Below are positions 8,488 through 17,206 of a stretch of DNA of 57,069 nt, piece by piece (the first letter of the stretch is position 1; each line of letters begins with the position of its first letter). The notes below the pieces were generated by a model. The model ran no database searches. It saw nothing but the letters and a program-made list of their open reading frames with translations, and was not told the origin of the DNA. Origin of the DNA: Desulfobacteraceae bacterium (GTDB taxonomy: Bacteria; Desulfobacterota; Desulfobacteria; Desulfobacterales; UBA11574). Made by a program: the position numbers and the translations under genes. The stretch covers positions 1 through 57,069 of the forward strand of contig JAUWLP010000001.1 in NCBI GenBank assembly GCA_030613575.1, in the 5' to 3' direction.

Positions 8488-9594
8488 CTATATTTTTTTT
8501 AGCTCATAACTTCGGCTTCCAAGTCCGAGGCGTTGGGCATAATCGAGCTGAATGGTCCAGTCCACGTTAGGATAAATACCCCTGAATTTATCCTGACCTT
8601 TTTCGATGTTCGTTGTAAGGCATGATTCCGGAAGCGCCTGTTCCTGGTTCACGAGATCTACGGAGGCCTGATCGATGGCAACCGGGTCGGTGGACGCAAC
8701 GATGCCGATGTTCCTTACGATAGGGGCATCGTTATGACCGTAACAATCACATGCCGGGGATATATCGGTAATGAAATTTGCAAACAATGTTTTGCCTGCT
8801 TTATTCTTTAAAACACCCATGGTGTATTCCACCATATTTTCCAGAAAAACAGGTATGGCTTGATTCCACTGGATCTGTATGGCCTCGTTGGGGCAAATAA
8901 TAATACATTCCCCGCAGCCGATACACTTTTTTGCGTCCAGCACCGCTTTTTCTTTTGTCAATGAAAGGGCGTTTTGTGAACAGTGATCCATACAGTCTCC
9001 GCATCCCACACATTTTTTCTTTATCACTTTGGGTGCCACGGTTGAATGCTGCGCCAGCTTTCCCCGGCGGGAAGCGCATCCCATTCCCACATTTTTTATG
9101 GCTCCGCCAAAACCCGAGAGTTCATGTCCTTTGAAATGGGCGACGGATATGAGTGCATCGGCCTCTATAATATCCGATCCGATATACACTTTTTTAAAAT
9201 TTTTCTGATTAACGGTTACTGCTGTTTCGCTTTTACCTCTTAATCCGTCGGCAATCACAATAGGGGCATCCACAACAGCATAGGCAAAACCGTTTTGAAT
9301 CGCGGTTAACAAATGATGGGGAGAATCGCTTCGTGTCCCTGAATAGAGAGTGTTGGCATCGGTCAAAAACGGAACCCCGCCGATTTGTTTGATCGATTCC
9401 ACGATCTTCCGGATAAATATAGGCCGTATAAAAGCGGTATTTCCCTGCTCTCCAAAATGGAGTTTGACCGCAACAAGATCCCTTTCTTTGATTGTTTCGG
9501 AAAGACCGGCGGTATCCAAAAGCCTTGCAAGCTTTGCAACAAGGTTTTCTTTGGCTGTGGCCCTTAAATCGATAAAATAGACGTTGCTTTTCAT
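8488..9594 (-). CDS. DUF362 domain protein with 2x[4Fe-4S] ferredoxin insert
   Basis: 368 aa. CVGCGDCMDHC and CIGCGECIIICP motifs. The N-terminal VYFIDLRA...VKLHFGE is typical of DUF362. Confidence 0.8.
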   Translation of the reverse strand: MKSNVYFIDLRATAKENLVAKLARLLDTAGLSETIKERDLVAVKLHFGEQGNTAFIRPIFIRKIVESIKQIGGVPFLTDANTLYSGTRSDSPHHLLTAIQNGFAYAVVDAPIVIADGLRGKSETAVTVNQKNFKKVYIGSDIIEADALISVAHFKGHELSGFGGAIKNVGMGCASRRGKLAQHSTVAPKVIKKKCVGCGDCMDHCSQNALSLTKEKAVLDAKKCIGCGECIIICPNEAIQIQWNQAIPVFLENMVEYTMGVLKNKAGKTLFANFITDISPACDCYGHNDAPIVRNIGIVASTDPVAIDQASVDLVNQEQALPESCLTTNIEKGQDKFRGIYPNVDWTIQLDYAQRLGLGSRSYELKKI

Positions 9595-9690
9595 GGCATC
9601 CCCCCGTTAAAATTGGCTGAATAAAAAAATTACTGTTTGTTTGTATCAAAGTCAAGGTGTTTGGACAAAGAGTTTGGCAAGGAAAAATAA

Positions 9691-10380
9691 ATGGATTTGA
9701 ATTCAAAGCTAGCGGTTTTAGATCAGATTTATAGAGTTTATGATGAATTTGTTGCCAATCTGCACATAGCCTGCAAAAAATATTGTACCGGGTGCTGCAC
9801 CTGTAATGTAACCATGACAACCCTTGAAGGGTATTTTATGGCAAAGCATATGATTTCATATGGAAAATCAAGTTTGTTTGAAAATATTGAACGGTCAATA
9901 CCCAAAAGACGCTTTCAGCCACAAACTACCACAAACAGACTTGCGGACCTTTGCATTAGAGGAAAGGATTTTATGAAAGAAGAGAATGATTACGTAAACG
10001 GAAGCTGTCCCCTTTTAAAAGACCGACTATGTCCGGTTTATCAGGTAAGGCCGTTTGGATGCAGGTGTTTTGTTTCAAAACACGACTGCAGGGATAAAGG
10101 ATATGCCGAAGTCGATTCGTTTGTTTTAAGCGTTAACAATCTGTTTTTGCAAGTTATTGAGCATGTCGATTCTCAGGGTTTCTCGGGAAATCTGATCGAT
10201 GTTCTAAAATTCATGGCATCAAAAAAGAATCGCCACAACTATAAAATGAATAGGCTGGAAAATCCGGATACAGGTCTGATCCCTAATCTAAAGATTAAAG
10301 TTTTGATGATACCACCTGAACACCGGGTTAAAATAAAACCGATACTTAACGCTCTTCAGCGCATAAAGCGAGACCTTTGA
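9691..10380 (+). CDS. YkgJ-family cysteine-cluster protein
   Basis: CKKYCTGCCTC ... CPLLKDRLCPVYQVRPFGCRCF is the pattern of the CxxCxxCC family. Confidence 0.7.
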   Translation: MDLNSKLAVLDQIYRVYDEFVANLHIACKKYCTGCCTCNVTMTTLEGYFMAKHMISYGKSSLFENIERSIPKRRFQPQTTTNRLADLCIRGKDFMKEENDYVNGSCPLLKDRLCPVYQVRPFGCRCFVSKHDCRDKGYAEVDSFVLSVNNLFLQVIEHVDSQGFSGNLIDVLKFMASKKNRHNYKMNRLENPDTGLIPNLKIKVLMIPPEHRVKIKPILNALQRIKRDL

Positions 10381-10401
10381 AAAACCATTCAAAAAACATC
10401 A

Positions 10402-11037
10402 TCAGGTTGTAATGACTTTACCTGCGCCGCCTTCAATGTATTTTCCGGGATAAAGTTCTTTGATTTCATGAATAAACCGGGTGCAATGAGTAGGGCAGAC
10501 ATTTTCCAGATTATCAATCAAATTAAAATCATTGAATCCATGCAGTCCACCAATAAGCGTTCTGACTTTCCCAATTTCTGATGCTGCTTGCAAAATTTCA
10601 CGCACACCCGGATGAGAACATCCGGCAATTACAGTTACACCTGTATTTTCCTTTATTATAAGGGAATGCTCGATACTCTTTAATTCACCTGTGGAATATA
10701 TGTTATCATGTAGTTTAAGTTTTTCATCAACCTTTATAGCATTTACTTTATCATCTGATAGTGAGCAGGAACAGGGGATATAAACCTTCACCGGATTTAA
10801 GCTGAGAATACAGGAAAGCCCGCCTGTATGATCCCAGTGTGAATGAGAAATAAAAATCTCGTCAATCTGAAGGGGATCAATATTCAATTTGTCCATATTG
10901 TTAAGCAGAATATCAGCTTTGGCGCCTGTATCAAAAAGTATATTTTTTCCACAAGCTTCTACTAAACATGAAAATCCCCAGTCAGATTTTAGATTTATAT
11001 CCCATGCCGTGTTGTCATATATTATGGTTATTTTCAC
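10402..11037 (-). CDS. MBL-fold metallo-hydrolase
   Basis: 211 aa with the HSHWDHTGG motif. Its start overlaps the end of the upstream DUF5320 gene by 23 nt. Confidence 0.8.
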   Translation of the reverse strand: MKITIIYDNTAWDINLKSDWGFSCLVEACGKNILFDTGAKADILLNNMDKLNIDPLQIDEIFISHSHWDHTGGLSCILSLNPVKVYIPCSCSLSDDKVNAIKVDEKLKLHDNIYSTGELKSIEHSLIIKENTGVTVIAGCSHPGVREILQAASEIGKVRTLIGGLHGFNDFNLIDNLENVCPTHCTRFIHEIKELYPGKYIEGGAGKVITT

Positions 11038-11380
11038 CTTCTAATGCCACGATGCTCCTGTTGATTGCATCTAAATCCTTCTTCATTGAATCCGCCTGGG
11101 CCTTTAGCATATTTATTTGCGTTGCCTTGTCTTCGGGATATGCCGGATCGTATGCCGGTGGATTCCAACCATAAAAACCAAAACCTCCTTCAAAACCGCG
11201 CCTCATATTTCTGCCAGGGCCGTATCCTGCTCTGAAACCTCGCCTCAAACCCATACCAATATCTCTGGCAAACAGTCTTGACCGACCTTCATTTGCAGGA
11301 TTACAAAAACCCCTTGCACCACCGGTCATGGGACCGGTTCCCATAGGACCACTTCCGTCAAAACCTGGCATAATCGCCAC
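11015..11380 (-). CDS. DUF5320 family protein
   Basis: MPGFDGSGPMGTGPMTGGARGFC N-terminus, a Gly/Arg-rich middle, and a C-terminal coiled-coil-like LKAQADSMKKDLDAINRSIVALE. Confidence 0.75.
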   Translation of the reverse strand: MAIMPGFDGSGPMGTGPMTGGARGFCNPANEGRSRLFARDIGMGLRRGFRAGYGPGRNMRRGFEGGFGFYGWNPPAYDPAYPEDKATQINMLKAQADSMKKDLDAINRSIVALEGENNHNI

Positions 11381-11396
11381 CTCCTTTTATGTTTTT

Positions 11397-11615
11397 TTAC
11401 CGTCTATTACCACGGCTTTTCCCAGAACCGCGTCTTTGTCCGAAACCTTTGCCTGAATTACGGCCGGAGATTTTGTCCTGTACTGATACTCGGCCGGCAC
11501 TCTTTCTACCCTGCTCATTAAAGCTAAAAGTACCTCCGGAAGTGATACAGGCGCCTTGACCTCTTCCGGTCGTGCGGCTTTTTCCCTTTGGCCCTGTTCC
11601 ATCTCTTTTTGGCAT
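11397..11615 (-). CDS. Short DUF5320-like protein (N-terminal motif plus R/G/S-rich tail)
   Basis: MPKRDGTGPKGKSRTTGRGQGAC matches the DUF5320 N-terminal motif. The start is taken at the second Met of the 75-aa ORF. A competing ORF in another frame was rejected. Confidence 0.55.
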   Translation of the reverse strand: MPKRDGTGPKGKSRTTGRGQGACITSGGTFSFNEQGRKSAGRVSVQDKISGRNSGKGFGQRRGSGKSRGNRR

Positions 11616-11645
11616 AAAATTCACCCCCTTATTGTTGCAAATTGT

Positions 11646-11975
11646 TTAAAAGTTTCTGCCGCCTCTTCTGCGGCGTCTTCTGTGTTTTCCGCGCATCTCA
11701 TAGGAGCCCCCCTCAATTATGAGAGCCTTTCCGGTCACCAGCGCTTCTGAAACGATTCCACGGGCTTCAGATAAAATTCTGCCGTAGGTCTGGCGAGATA
11801 CCTCCATTATTTTTGCGGCTGTCTCTTGGTCAAGATGTTCGAAATCGCTCAATCTTATAGCTTCAAGTCCTTCCACTGAAAGCGTAATCTCACCGGTTTG
11901 AAACATTCCCCGGGGCACAAAAGCGGTGATCGTCGGATATCTTGATACAAATCTCGGCTTTTTAATTCTTGCCAC
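11646..11975 (-). CDS. DUF134 (UPF0251) HTH protein
   Basis: ARIKKPRFVS...LSVEGLEAIRLSDFEHLDQETAAKIMEVSRQTYGRIL (sigma-70 region-4-like HTH). The likely start is the GTG at 11975, preceded by aaaggt. The ORF track extends to 12056. Confidence 0.75.
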   Translation of the reverse strand: MARIKKPRFVSRYPTITAFVPRGMFQTGEITLSVEGLEAIRLSDFEHLDQETAAKIMEVSRQTYGRILSEARGIVSEALVTGKALIIEGGSYEMRGKHRRRRRRGGRNF

Positions 11976-12139
11976 AATAAATTTACCTTTATGAAATGAG
12001 CGTTTGACTGAAATATAATTATTATAGGCGAATATGTCAAGTAATTTTATGGTCAAATGACCATTATATTTTAGCGTCTGTTCCGGATAAAATATAAAAC
12101 CTACTGGGGAAGTTGCATTATGTATAATTTAATTCCTTA

Positions 12140-12167
12140 ATTGTGAATTTTGTGCTTTTTATAGCAA
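12140..12167 (-). promoter_or_regulatory. Candidate sigma70 promoter for the DUF134 operon
   Basis: On the minus strand: TTGCTA (12162-12167), 16-nt spacer, CACAAT (12140-12145). It lies within a 37-nt block that is 33/37 identical to the rpsO upstream block. Confidence 0.4.
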
Positions 12168-12427
12168 AACATTTTCGCCAGCAAGACACCAAGATGAATT
12201 TAAAAAAAATAGCTTGACCATCTGGATAATAGGTCTTAACTTGTCTTTATTGAGTTTATGCTCATAACTGATGGTCACATAAAAAGTCAAGAAAACAACT
12301 TTTTAGCAACACCTTAGCTTTTTGAGAATATTACCGCTCGTTTGAAATCGATTTGTTGCAAAGAACTAACCTATTACACTTTTTGCAAATTCATCAATAA
12401 CTGAAGCCCTGAGACGGCATTAATGCT

Positions 12428-13279
12428 ATGAAAACCAGTTATGACTGTATACCCTGTTTTATCCGTCAAGCTCTTGACGCGGCAAGGTTGGCAACCTCCG
12501 ATGAAAAAATTCATGAGCAGGTGCTTCGCGGTGTTCTTGCCGCAGCAAGCAAAATGAACCTGGACCAATCTCCTCCGGTGATGGGTCAGTATATCCACAA
12601 ATTAATCAGAGAACTTTCCGGGCACGATGATCCATATAAAAAAATAAAAAACCGGTTCAACAGTTTTGCCCTCAAACTTTATCCCGACCTGAAACAAAGG
12701 ATCGAAAGTTCTTCCAATCCCATGGATACCGCCGTTCGGATGGCCATCGCCGGAAATATTATCGATTTCGGCGTAAACATACAATTGGACCGATCTGTTA
12801 TCTCTGATACGATTGAACAGGCACTGTCGGCGCAAGTGTTTGGGAATATAGAAGTCTTGTGTGACTCAATAGATTCGGCGGAAAATATCCTTTATTTGGG
12901 GGACAATTGTGGAGAGATTGTTTTTGATCGTTTGCTGATAGAACAATTGCCTGTGCACAAGGTAACATTTGTCGTAAGGGGCGGTCCTATCATAAATGAT
13001 GCGACAATAGCAGACGCACGGGAAACAGGTATGACCGAACTTGTTACTGTTATGGATAATGGTTCGAACGTTCCCGGAACTGTCTTGGAAAAATGTTCAA
13101 AAGAATTCAGGGAATGCTTTGCACATGCCGATCTGATTATTGCCAAGGGACAGGGTAATTACGAAACGTTGAGTAGTTGTGAAAAGAATATATTTTTTCT
13201 GTTAAAGGCAAAATGCCTGGTGATATCCGGTCATATGGGTTGCGAACCGGGAAGTTTTATTGTTAAAAGGAGTAGTTGA
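12428..13279 (+). CDS. DUF89 / ARMT1-like damage-control phosphatase family protein
   Basis: 283 aa. N-terminal YDCIPCFIRQALD and a C-terminal KGQGNYETL-type motif. Confidence 0.8.
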   Translation: MKTSYDCIPCFIRQALDAARLATSDEKIHEQVLRGVLAAASKMNLDQSPPVMGQYIHKLIRELSGHDDPYKKIKNRFNSFALKLYPDLKQRIESSSNPMDTAVRMAIAGNIIDFGVNIQLDRSVISDTIEQALSAQVFGNIEVLCDSIDSAENILYLGDNCGEIVFDRLLIEQLPVHKVTFVVRGGPIINDATIADARETGMTELVTVMDNGSNVPGTVLEKCSKEFRECFAHADLIIAKGQGNYETLSSCEKNIFFLLKAKCLVISGHMGCEPGSFIVKRSS

Positions 13280-13284
13280 ACCAA

Positions 13285-13512
13285 ATGAGTGAATCAAAAG
13301 AAACCATTACTGTTAATGTCAATGTTGAAATGACCGCCGCTTCTCTTCAAGCAATTGTGGAGAATGCCAAGAAGGTTGAAGGCCGTGATGAAAAAGGTGT
13401 TTATCGTATAGATACTGCTGACAAAGTGAGTGAAATGATTTCAAATTTCATTCTGGAAAACGATTTTGAAACTTATGCGAAAAATATCGAAAATTATCCA
13501 CGCGGGTCATAA
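13285..13512 (+). CDS. Small acidic hypothetical protein
   Basis: 75 aa from the ATG at 13285, preceded by aaaggag. No family recognised. Confidence 0.45.
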   Translation: MSESKETITVNVNVEMTAASLQAIVENAKKVEGRDEKGVYRIDTADKVSEMISNFILENDFETYAKNIENYPRGS

Positions 13513-13573
13513 CGCATAGAGTTTTGCTGCGCGATTGGAATAATAGAATATTAACCGACAACGGAGAAAAGTC

Positions 13574-13828
13574 ATGCCCCTTTTTGATTTTTTGTGTAGG
13601 GACTGCGGAGAAACCAGTGAACTTCTCATTGCAGGTTCGGAAGAGAGGCCCAGATGCAAAACCTGCGGCGGCCATAATCTGAAAAAACTTCTTTCCGCTC
13701 ACTCTTCCCTATCCGGGCCGAATAAAAACCGAATGCCCGGACCCGGAGATACTGCTTGCTGTGGGTTGTCTCCAGGCCAGGCTGACTGTGCCGGACCGGG
13801 GAGTTGCTGTGGAAAGCGACCCGTATAA
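13574..13828 (+). CDS. FmdB-family zinc-ribbon protein
   Basis: MPLFDFLCRDCGETSE...CKTCGG (CxxC..CxxC), with a Cys/Gly-rich tail. Confidence 0.75.
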   Translation: MPLFDFLCRDCGETSELLIAGSEERPRCKTCGGHNLKKLLSAHSSLSGPNKNRMPGPGDTACCGLSPGQADCAGPGSCCGKRPV

Positions 13829-14016
13829 GTTAGTTTCCATCCATAAATGGCTATTTTTCCGATGAGCGGCGTTCTCCGCGGGTTTCCGCCCTCGACGTAC
13901 TTCCAGTACGCCTCGGGGGCGAAAACCCTTGTGCGGCCTTGCTCATCGAAAAAATCCCTCATTTATAAATTGGAAACTACTTAGTGCTCAAATGTATTTA
14001 TGGATGGGCACAAGTT
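13828..14016. repeat. R4a: MITE-like palindromic repeat
   Basis: Arm core ccatccataaat (13839-13850) has a perfect inverted partner atttatggatgg (13995-14006). The inner long hairpin cgatgagc...gctcatcg has a central acgtac-ttcca-gtacgcctc. The arms and inner ends match R4b. Confidence 0.7.
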
Positions 14017-14066
14017 AGGTCATCTTATAACAACTATAGGATTCATATATGAAAGGAAACTAAATT

Positions 14067-14567
14067 ATGAAAGTAGCCATTAGTTCGTCCGGCAAGGATC
14101 TTAATTCACAGGTCGACCCACGGTTTGGCCGGTGCACTTATTTTTTAATCGTCAATACATCCGATATGAGTTTTGAGGTTTTTGATAATGAAAGCGGCGT
14201 CTTAGGGGGTGGAGCCGGAATTCAATCGGCCCAATTCGTAGCCTCCAAAGGGGCCAAAGCTGTAATAACAGGCAACTGTGGGCCTAATGCCGTGCATACC
14301 CTTTATGCGGCCGGAATCCAAGTGTTTCTCGGAAATACAGGAACCGTAACGGAAGCCCTGGATAACTACAAAAACGGAAATCTGACACCCACGAAAGAAG
14401 CTAACGTGCCTGATCACAGTGGCTTGGCAGGTGGGACGGGCGGCCGCCGCGGCATGGGAATGGGCGGTGGAAGAGGTATGGGCGGCGGAGGTATGGGCCG
14501 TGGCGGAAGAGGTATGGGCGGCGGCCGCGGTATGGGAATGGGCGGTGGAAAAGGGAGACAGGAGTGA
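14067..14567 (+). CDS. NifX/NifB-C-terminal-like (dinitrogenase FeMo-cofactor-binding fold) protein with Gly/Arg/Met repeat tail
   Basis: MKVAISSSGKDLNSQVDPRFGRCTYFLIV...GAGIQSAQFVASKGAKAVITGNCGPNA is typical of the NifX-like domain. The last 46 aa are GRGMGGG-type repeats. Confidence 0.8.
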   Translation: MKVAISSSGKDLNSQVDPRFGRCTYFLIVNTSDMSFEVFDNESGVLGGGAGIQSAQFVASKGAKAVITGNCGPNAVHTLYAAGIQVFLGNTGTVTEALDNYKNGNLTPTKEANVPDHSGLAGGTGGRRGMGMGGGRGMGGGGMGRGGRGMGGGRGMGMGGGKGRQE

Positions 14568-14609
14568 GAATATAGGTAAATAGTTTGGGAAGTTATTTCT
14601 TCACGAGCC

Positions 14610-15017
14610 TTAAAATTCCTTGTATACCCTTGCCAGAGGGTGCCCCGGAGCTTTTATCGATAGATCCAGAAAATATCCGTACGGAGTCTGAACCACCGAA
14701 TAGCCTGCGTTTTCCAGACGCTTTTGCGCCCGGCCTAACAGGGCCTGCGCTTTGTCAGGGTCGGCCTTTTCTTCTCCCAGGTGGGTAAAAGAGTGAAGAA
14801 CAATCCGGGTAATATTCCATTTTCTGGCCAGCCACTTGGCGTTTTTAATGAGCTTGGTCTCCGTTGAACTTCCATCTTCAACGTCCCCGGGCTCGATATG
14901 AACAAACGCCACCACGGCATTTCGGTTTTCAGCGGGTCCGGCTTCCGGAACATCCTCCAGGGTTTTAACGGCAGGCACCCAATCAAACCCGTCACAATAC
15001 CAGAATAATACACGCAT
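14610..15017 (-). CDS. Stand-alone archaeal-type threonyl-tRNA synthetase editing domain (tRNA-Thr_ED-like)
   Basis: From the Met at 15017: MRVLFWYCD...VVAFVHIE...IVLHSFTHL...GYSVVQTPYGYF..L.IKAPGHPLA. This aligns by eye with the N-terminal editing domain of Pyrococcus ThrRS as recalled. Confidence 0.65.
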   Translation of the reverse strand: MRVLFWYCDGFDWVPAVKTLEDVPEAGPAENRNAVVAFVHIEPGDVEDGSSTETKLIKNAKWLARKWNITRIVLHSFTHLGEEKADPDKAQALLGRAQKRLENAGYSVVQTPYGYFLDLSIKAPGHPLARVYKEF

Positions 15018-15031
15018 GGCTTTTTTATTCC

Positions 15032-17017
15032 TTAGCCCATAAACACAGACAGTACGTTTTTTCGTGCATCGGCATGCTGTATGGTTATCTGAATCAGGTC
15101 CTCGGGCTTCAAATCTATACCGCTGAATAAGGGCAGGTCGCACTCTATCATGTACTCGGATAAGAGTATCTGATAGTTGTTTCTCTTTTTGTAAAGCACA
15201 ACCGCCTCTTCTTTTTGCCCGATTCTTTTTTCAAGATATTTCAACAACCAGTACCTGTGGCGATTGAATTGAAGCTTTAATACACAGCTCATCGGCTGTT
15301 CAAGTAGCTGTATTATATTATTTATTTCTTCCATAGTAGAAGGTGTTTCCAGGCCGAGGACCGCCCGTATCTGCCGCTGAGTGGCCAGATCAAAGTATTT
15401 CCGGATGGGTGACGTTGCGGTAATATAGGCATCCAGACCCAATCCTGAATGATGTTCAGGCTCCGGATTCAGCACAAAACGGCTTAACAGCCTTCGCTGC
15501 ATACAGTTCTGGAACAAAGAGCCTTCAGTTCCCTTGTAGAGTCGCTCACGAGGTGCTGTTTGAGATCTGTATATTGCCGGAGCGCTATGCTCTGCCAGGA
15601 ATTTGGCCATGAGCCAGTTGGCCATGATCATTATTTCCGAAACCAGCATCCTCCCGGGACTTTCCCTGTTGATCCTGCTCACGGTGATCTCACTATCCTC
15701 ATCGATCCAGACATTGATATCCGGCAAAGTTATCTGAACGGCTCCTGCAGCCATCCTGTTCTGACGGAATTGTTCTGCTATATCACGGAGTATAATGATT
15801 TCCTTACTGTCTTGAGCAATTATATTAACATCGTAATAGGTGTACTGCTGCTCTACCCTGATCAGGCTCGGGATGATTTCATAATCGATTATTTCGCAGG
15901 ATCTGCTTAAATTCACCATAATGCTGATGGCAGGGCGCAATTGTCCGGCTTTCAGACTGCAAAGATTTTCTGCAAGATATGCCGGAAGCATCGGTATTTT
16001 CTGATCGGGCATATAAATTGAGCTTGCGCGGGCCATAGCCTCTTGATCAATAATATCCCCTTTTTTAATAAAATGCCCGACATCAATAATATGAATTCCG
16101 AGATTATAATGATCACCATGATCCTCTATACTGATGGCATCATCAAAATCTAAAGTTGACTGTCCGTCGATGGTCATCAAGGAAAGCATGGTCAGGTCTT
16201 TGCGCAAACTGTTATACGAAAATTCTTGTGGTAAACCGGCCAGCTCCGTTGCTCTTTCCATGACTCTGTCAGGGAAAGAAGTCTCTACCTTATATTTGTA
16301 AAGATCCGTATTTTCGTTTTTATCAAAAACATTCAGTTTAACCAAAACCTTAAAGACTTCTTCATCAGGATCGATACTGGCTTTTGCAAGCACTGCTTTG
16401 CCAAGGTTATAATCTTTGCTTTCCTTTCCAAAAAGATAAAATGATTTCAGTATGTTTACAATTTGTCTTTTGTTTTCTGGCTGGGAAGAATGATTGTCAT
16501 TCAGTACGTTTTTGAGCCATTCTCCGCCTTCTTCAATCATGCGATTTCTGCGCGCTATTTCTCTTTCCTGAGCGATCTTTTGTTTCACCTGATCTTCAGT
16601 ATTCGGGAAAAAGCGATCATGGTTAAATTTAAAATAAAATCTGTTTGTAAAAAATGCTCTGACTACAGCCGACTCGTGATCGTAACTCGGACTTTCCGGG
16701 AAACAGAATCCGGTCATTGTGTCAAGGTCGATCCATTCTTGTTCCGTGTTTAGAACTTCCCATAATTCTTTGACATTGATGTGGCTTATTAATGCGTTAC
16801 GCCGGCCTGCTATTTCCTTTAAGGTGCTGACCATGGTACTTCTTCCCATGGAGGGATCCAGACGCATTTCGCACTTATGTGACAGACGGCTTGCCGAAAG
16901 GTTGACTTCCCGGTTGGTTTCGGTTAGGAGTCTAAGTCTATGATTCTTTACTTCAAGAACGACCGCACAAATAATTTTTTTGCTGTCGATATATTCAACT
17001 ACATTTCCTGATTTCAT
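15032..17017 (-). CDS. RNase II/R-family 3'-5' exoribonuclease (RNB domain)
   Basis: 661 aa. TIDGQSTLDFDDAISIE and later RNB-type motifs (SPIRKYFDL). Confidence 0.85.
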   Translation of the reverse strand: MKSGNVVEYIDSKKIICAVVLEVKNHRLRLLTETNREVNLSASRLSHKCEMRLDPSMGRSTMVSTLKEIAGRRNALISHINVKELWEVLNTEQEWIDLDTMTGFCFPESPSYDHESAVVRAFFTNRFYFKFNHDRFFPNTEDQVKQKIAQEREIARRNRMIEEGGEWLKNVLNDNHSSQPENKRQIVNILKSFYLFGKESKDYNLGKAVLAKASIDPDEEVFKVLVKLNVFDKNENTDLYKYKVETSFPDRVMERATELAGLPQEFSYNSLRKDLTMLSLMTIDGQSTLDFDDAISIEDHGDHYNLGIHIIDVGHFIKKGDIIDQEAMARASSIYMPDQKIPMLPAYLAENLCSLKAGQLRPAISIMVNLSRSCEIIDYEIIPSLIRVEQQYTYYDVNIIAQDSKEIIILRDIAEQFRQNRMAAGAVQITLPDINVWIDEDSEITVSRINRESPGRMLVSEIMIMANWLMAKFLAEHSAPAIYRSQTAPRERLYKGTEGSLFQNCMQRRLLSRFVLNPEPEHHSGLGLDAYITATSPIRKYFDLATQRQIRAVLGLETPSTMEEINNIIQLLEQPMSCVLKLQFNRHRYWLLKYLEKRIGQKEEAVVLYKKRNNYQILLSEYMIECDLPLFSGIDLKPEDLIQITIQHADARKNVLSVFMG

Positions 17018-17206
17018 TGCCGGCTACCATACCAGTCACAGTCGTGAAAGTCAATGTAGGTGATCCGTCAAAATCCACCGCCTAATTTTTATTTCCGCCA
17101 CTTTCTTTTTTTGACGGTTAACTCGAAAAAAAGAATTTGACTTTATTTTATGTTCTGGTTATCAGAAATGTTTTCCACAAAAACTTTGTAACGGGCATAT
17201 ATTTTT

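Noticed and set aside
9233-9820. A 195-aa minus-strand ORF overlapping the DUF362 gene and the YkgJ gene start.
   Set aside because: It is in a different frame from the well-supported DUF362 ORF. The Cys/Arg-rich low-complexity translation has no recognisable motif.
11387-11602. A 71-aa ORF in an alternative frame to the short DUF5320-like gene.
   Set aside because: The competing frame begins with the highly characteristic MP.DGTGP..G....TGRG.G.C motif. The two cannot both be coding with high likelihood, so I kept the motif-bearing frame, though only with moderate confidence.
13699-13962. An 87-aa minus-strand ORF.
   Set aside because: It lies almost entirely inside the R4a palindromic repeat and overlaps the FmdB gene end. 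It is likely an artefact of the repeat.
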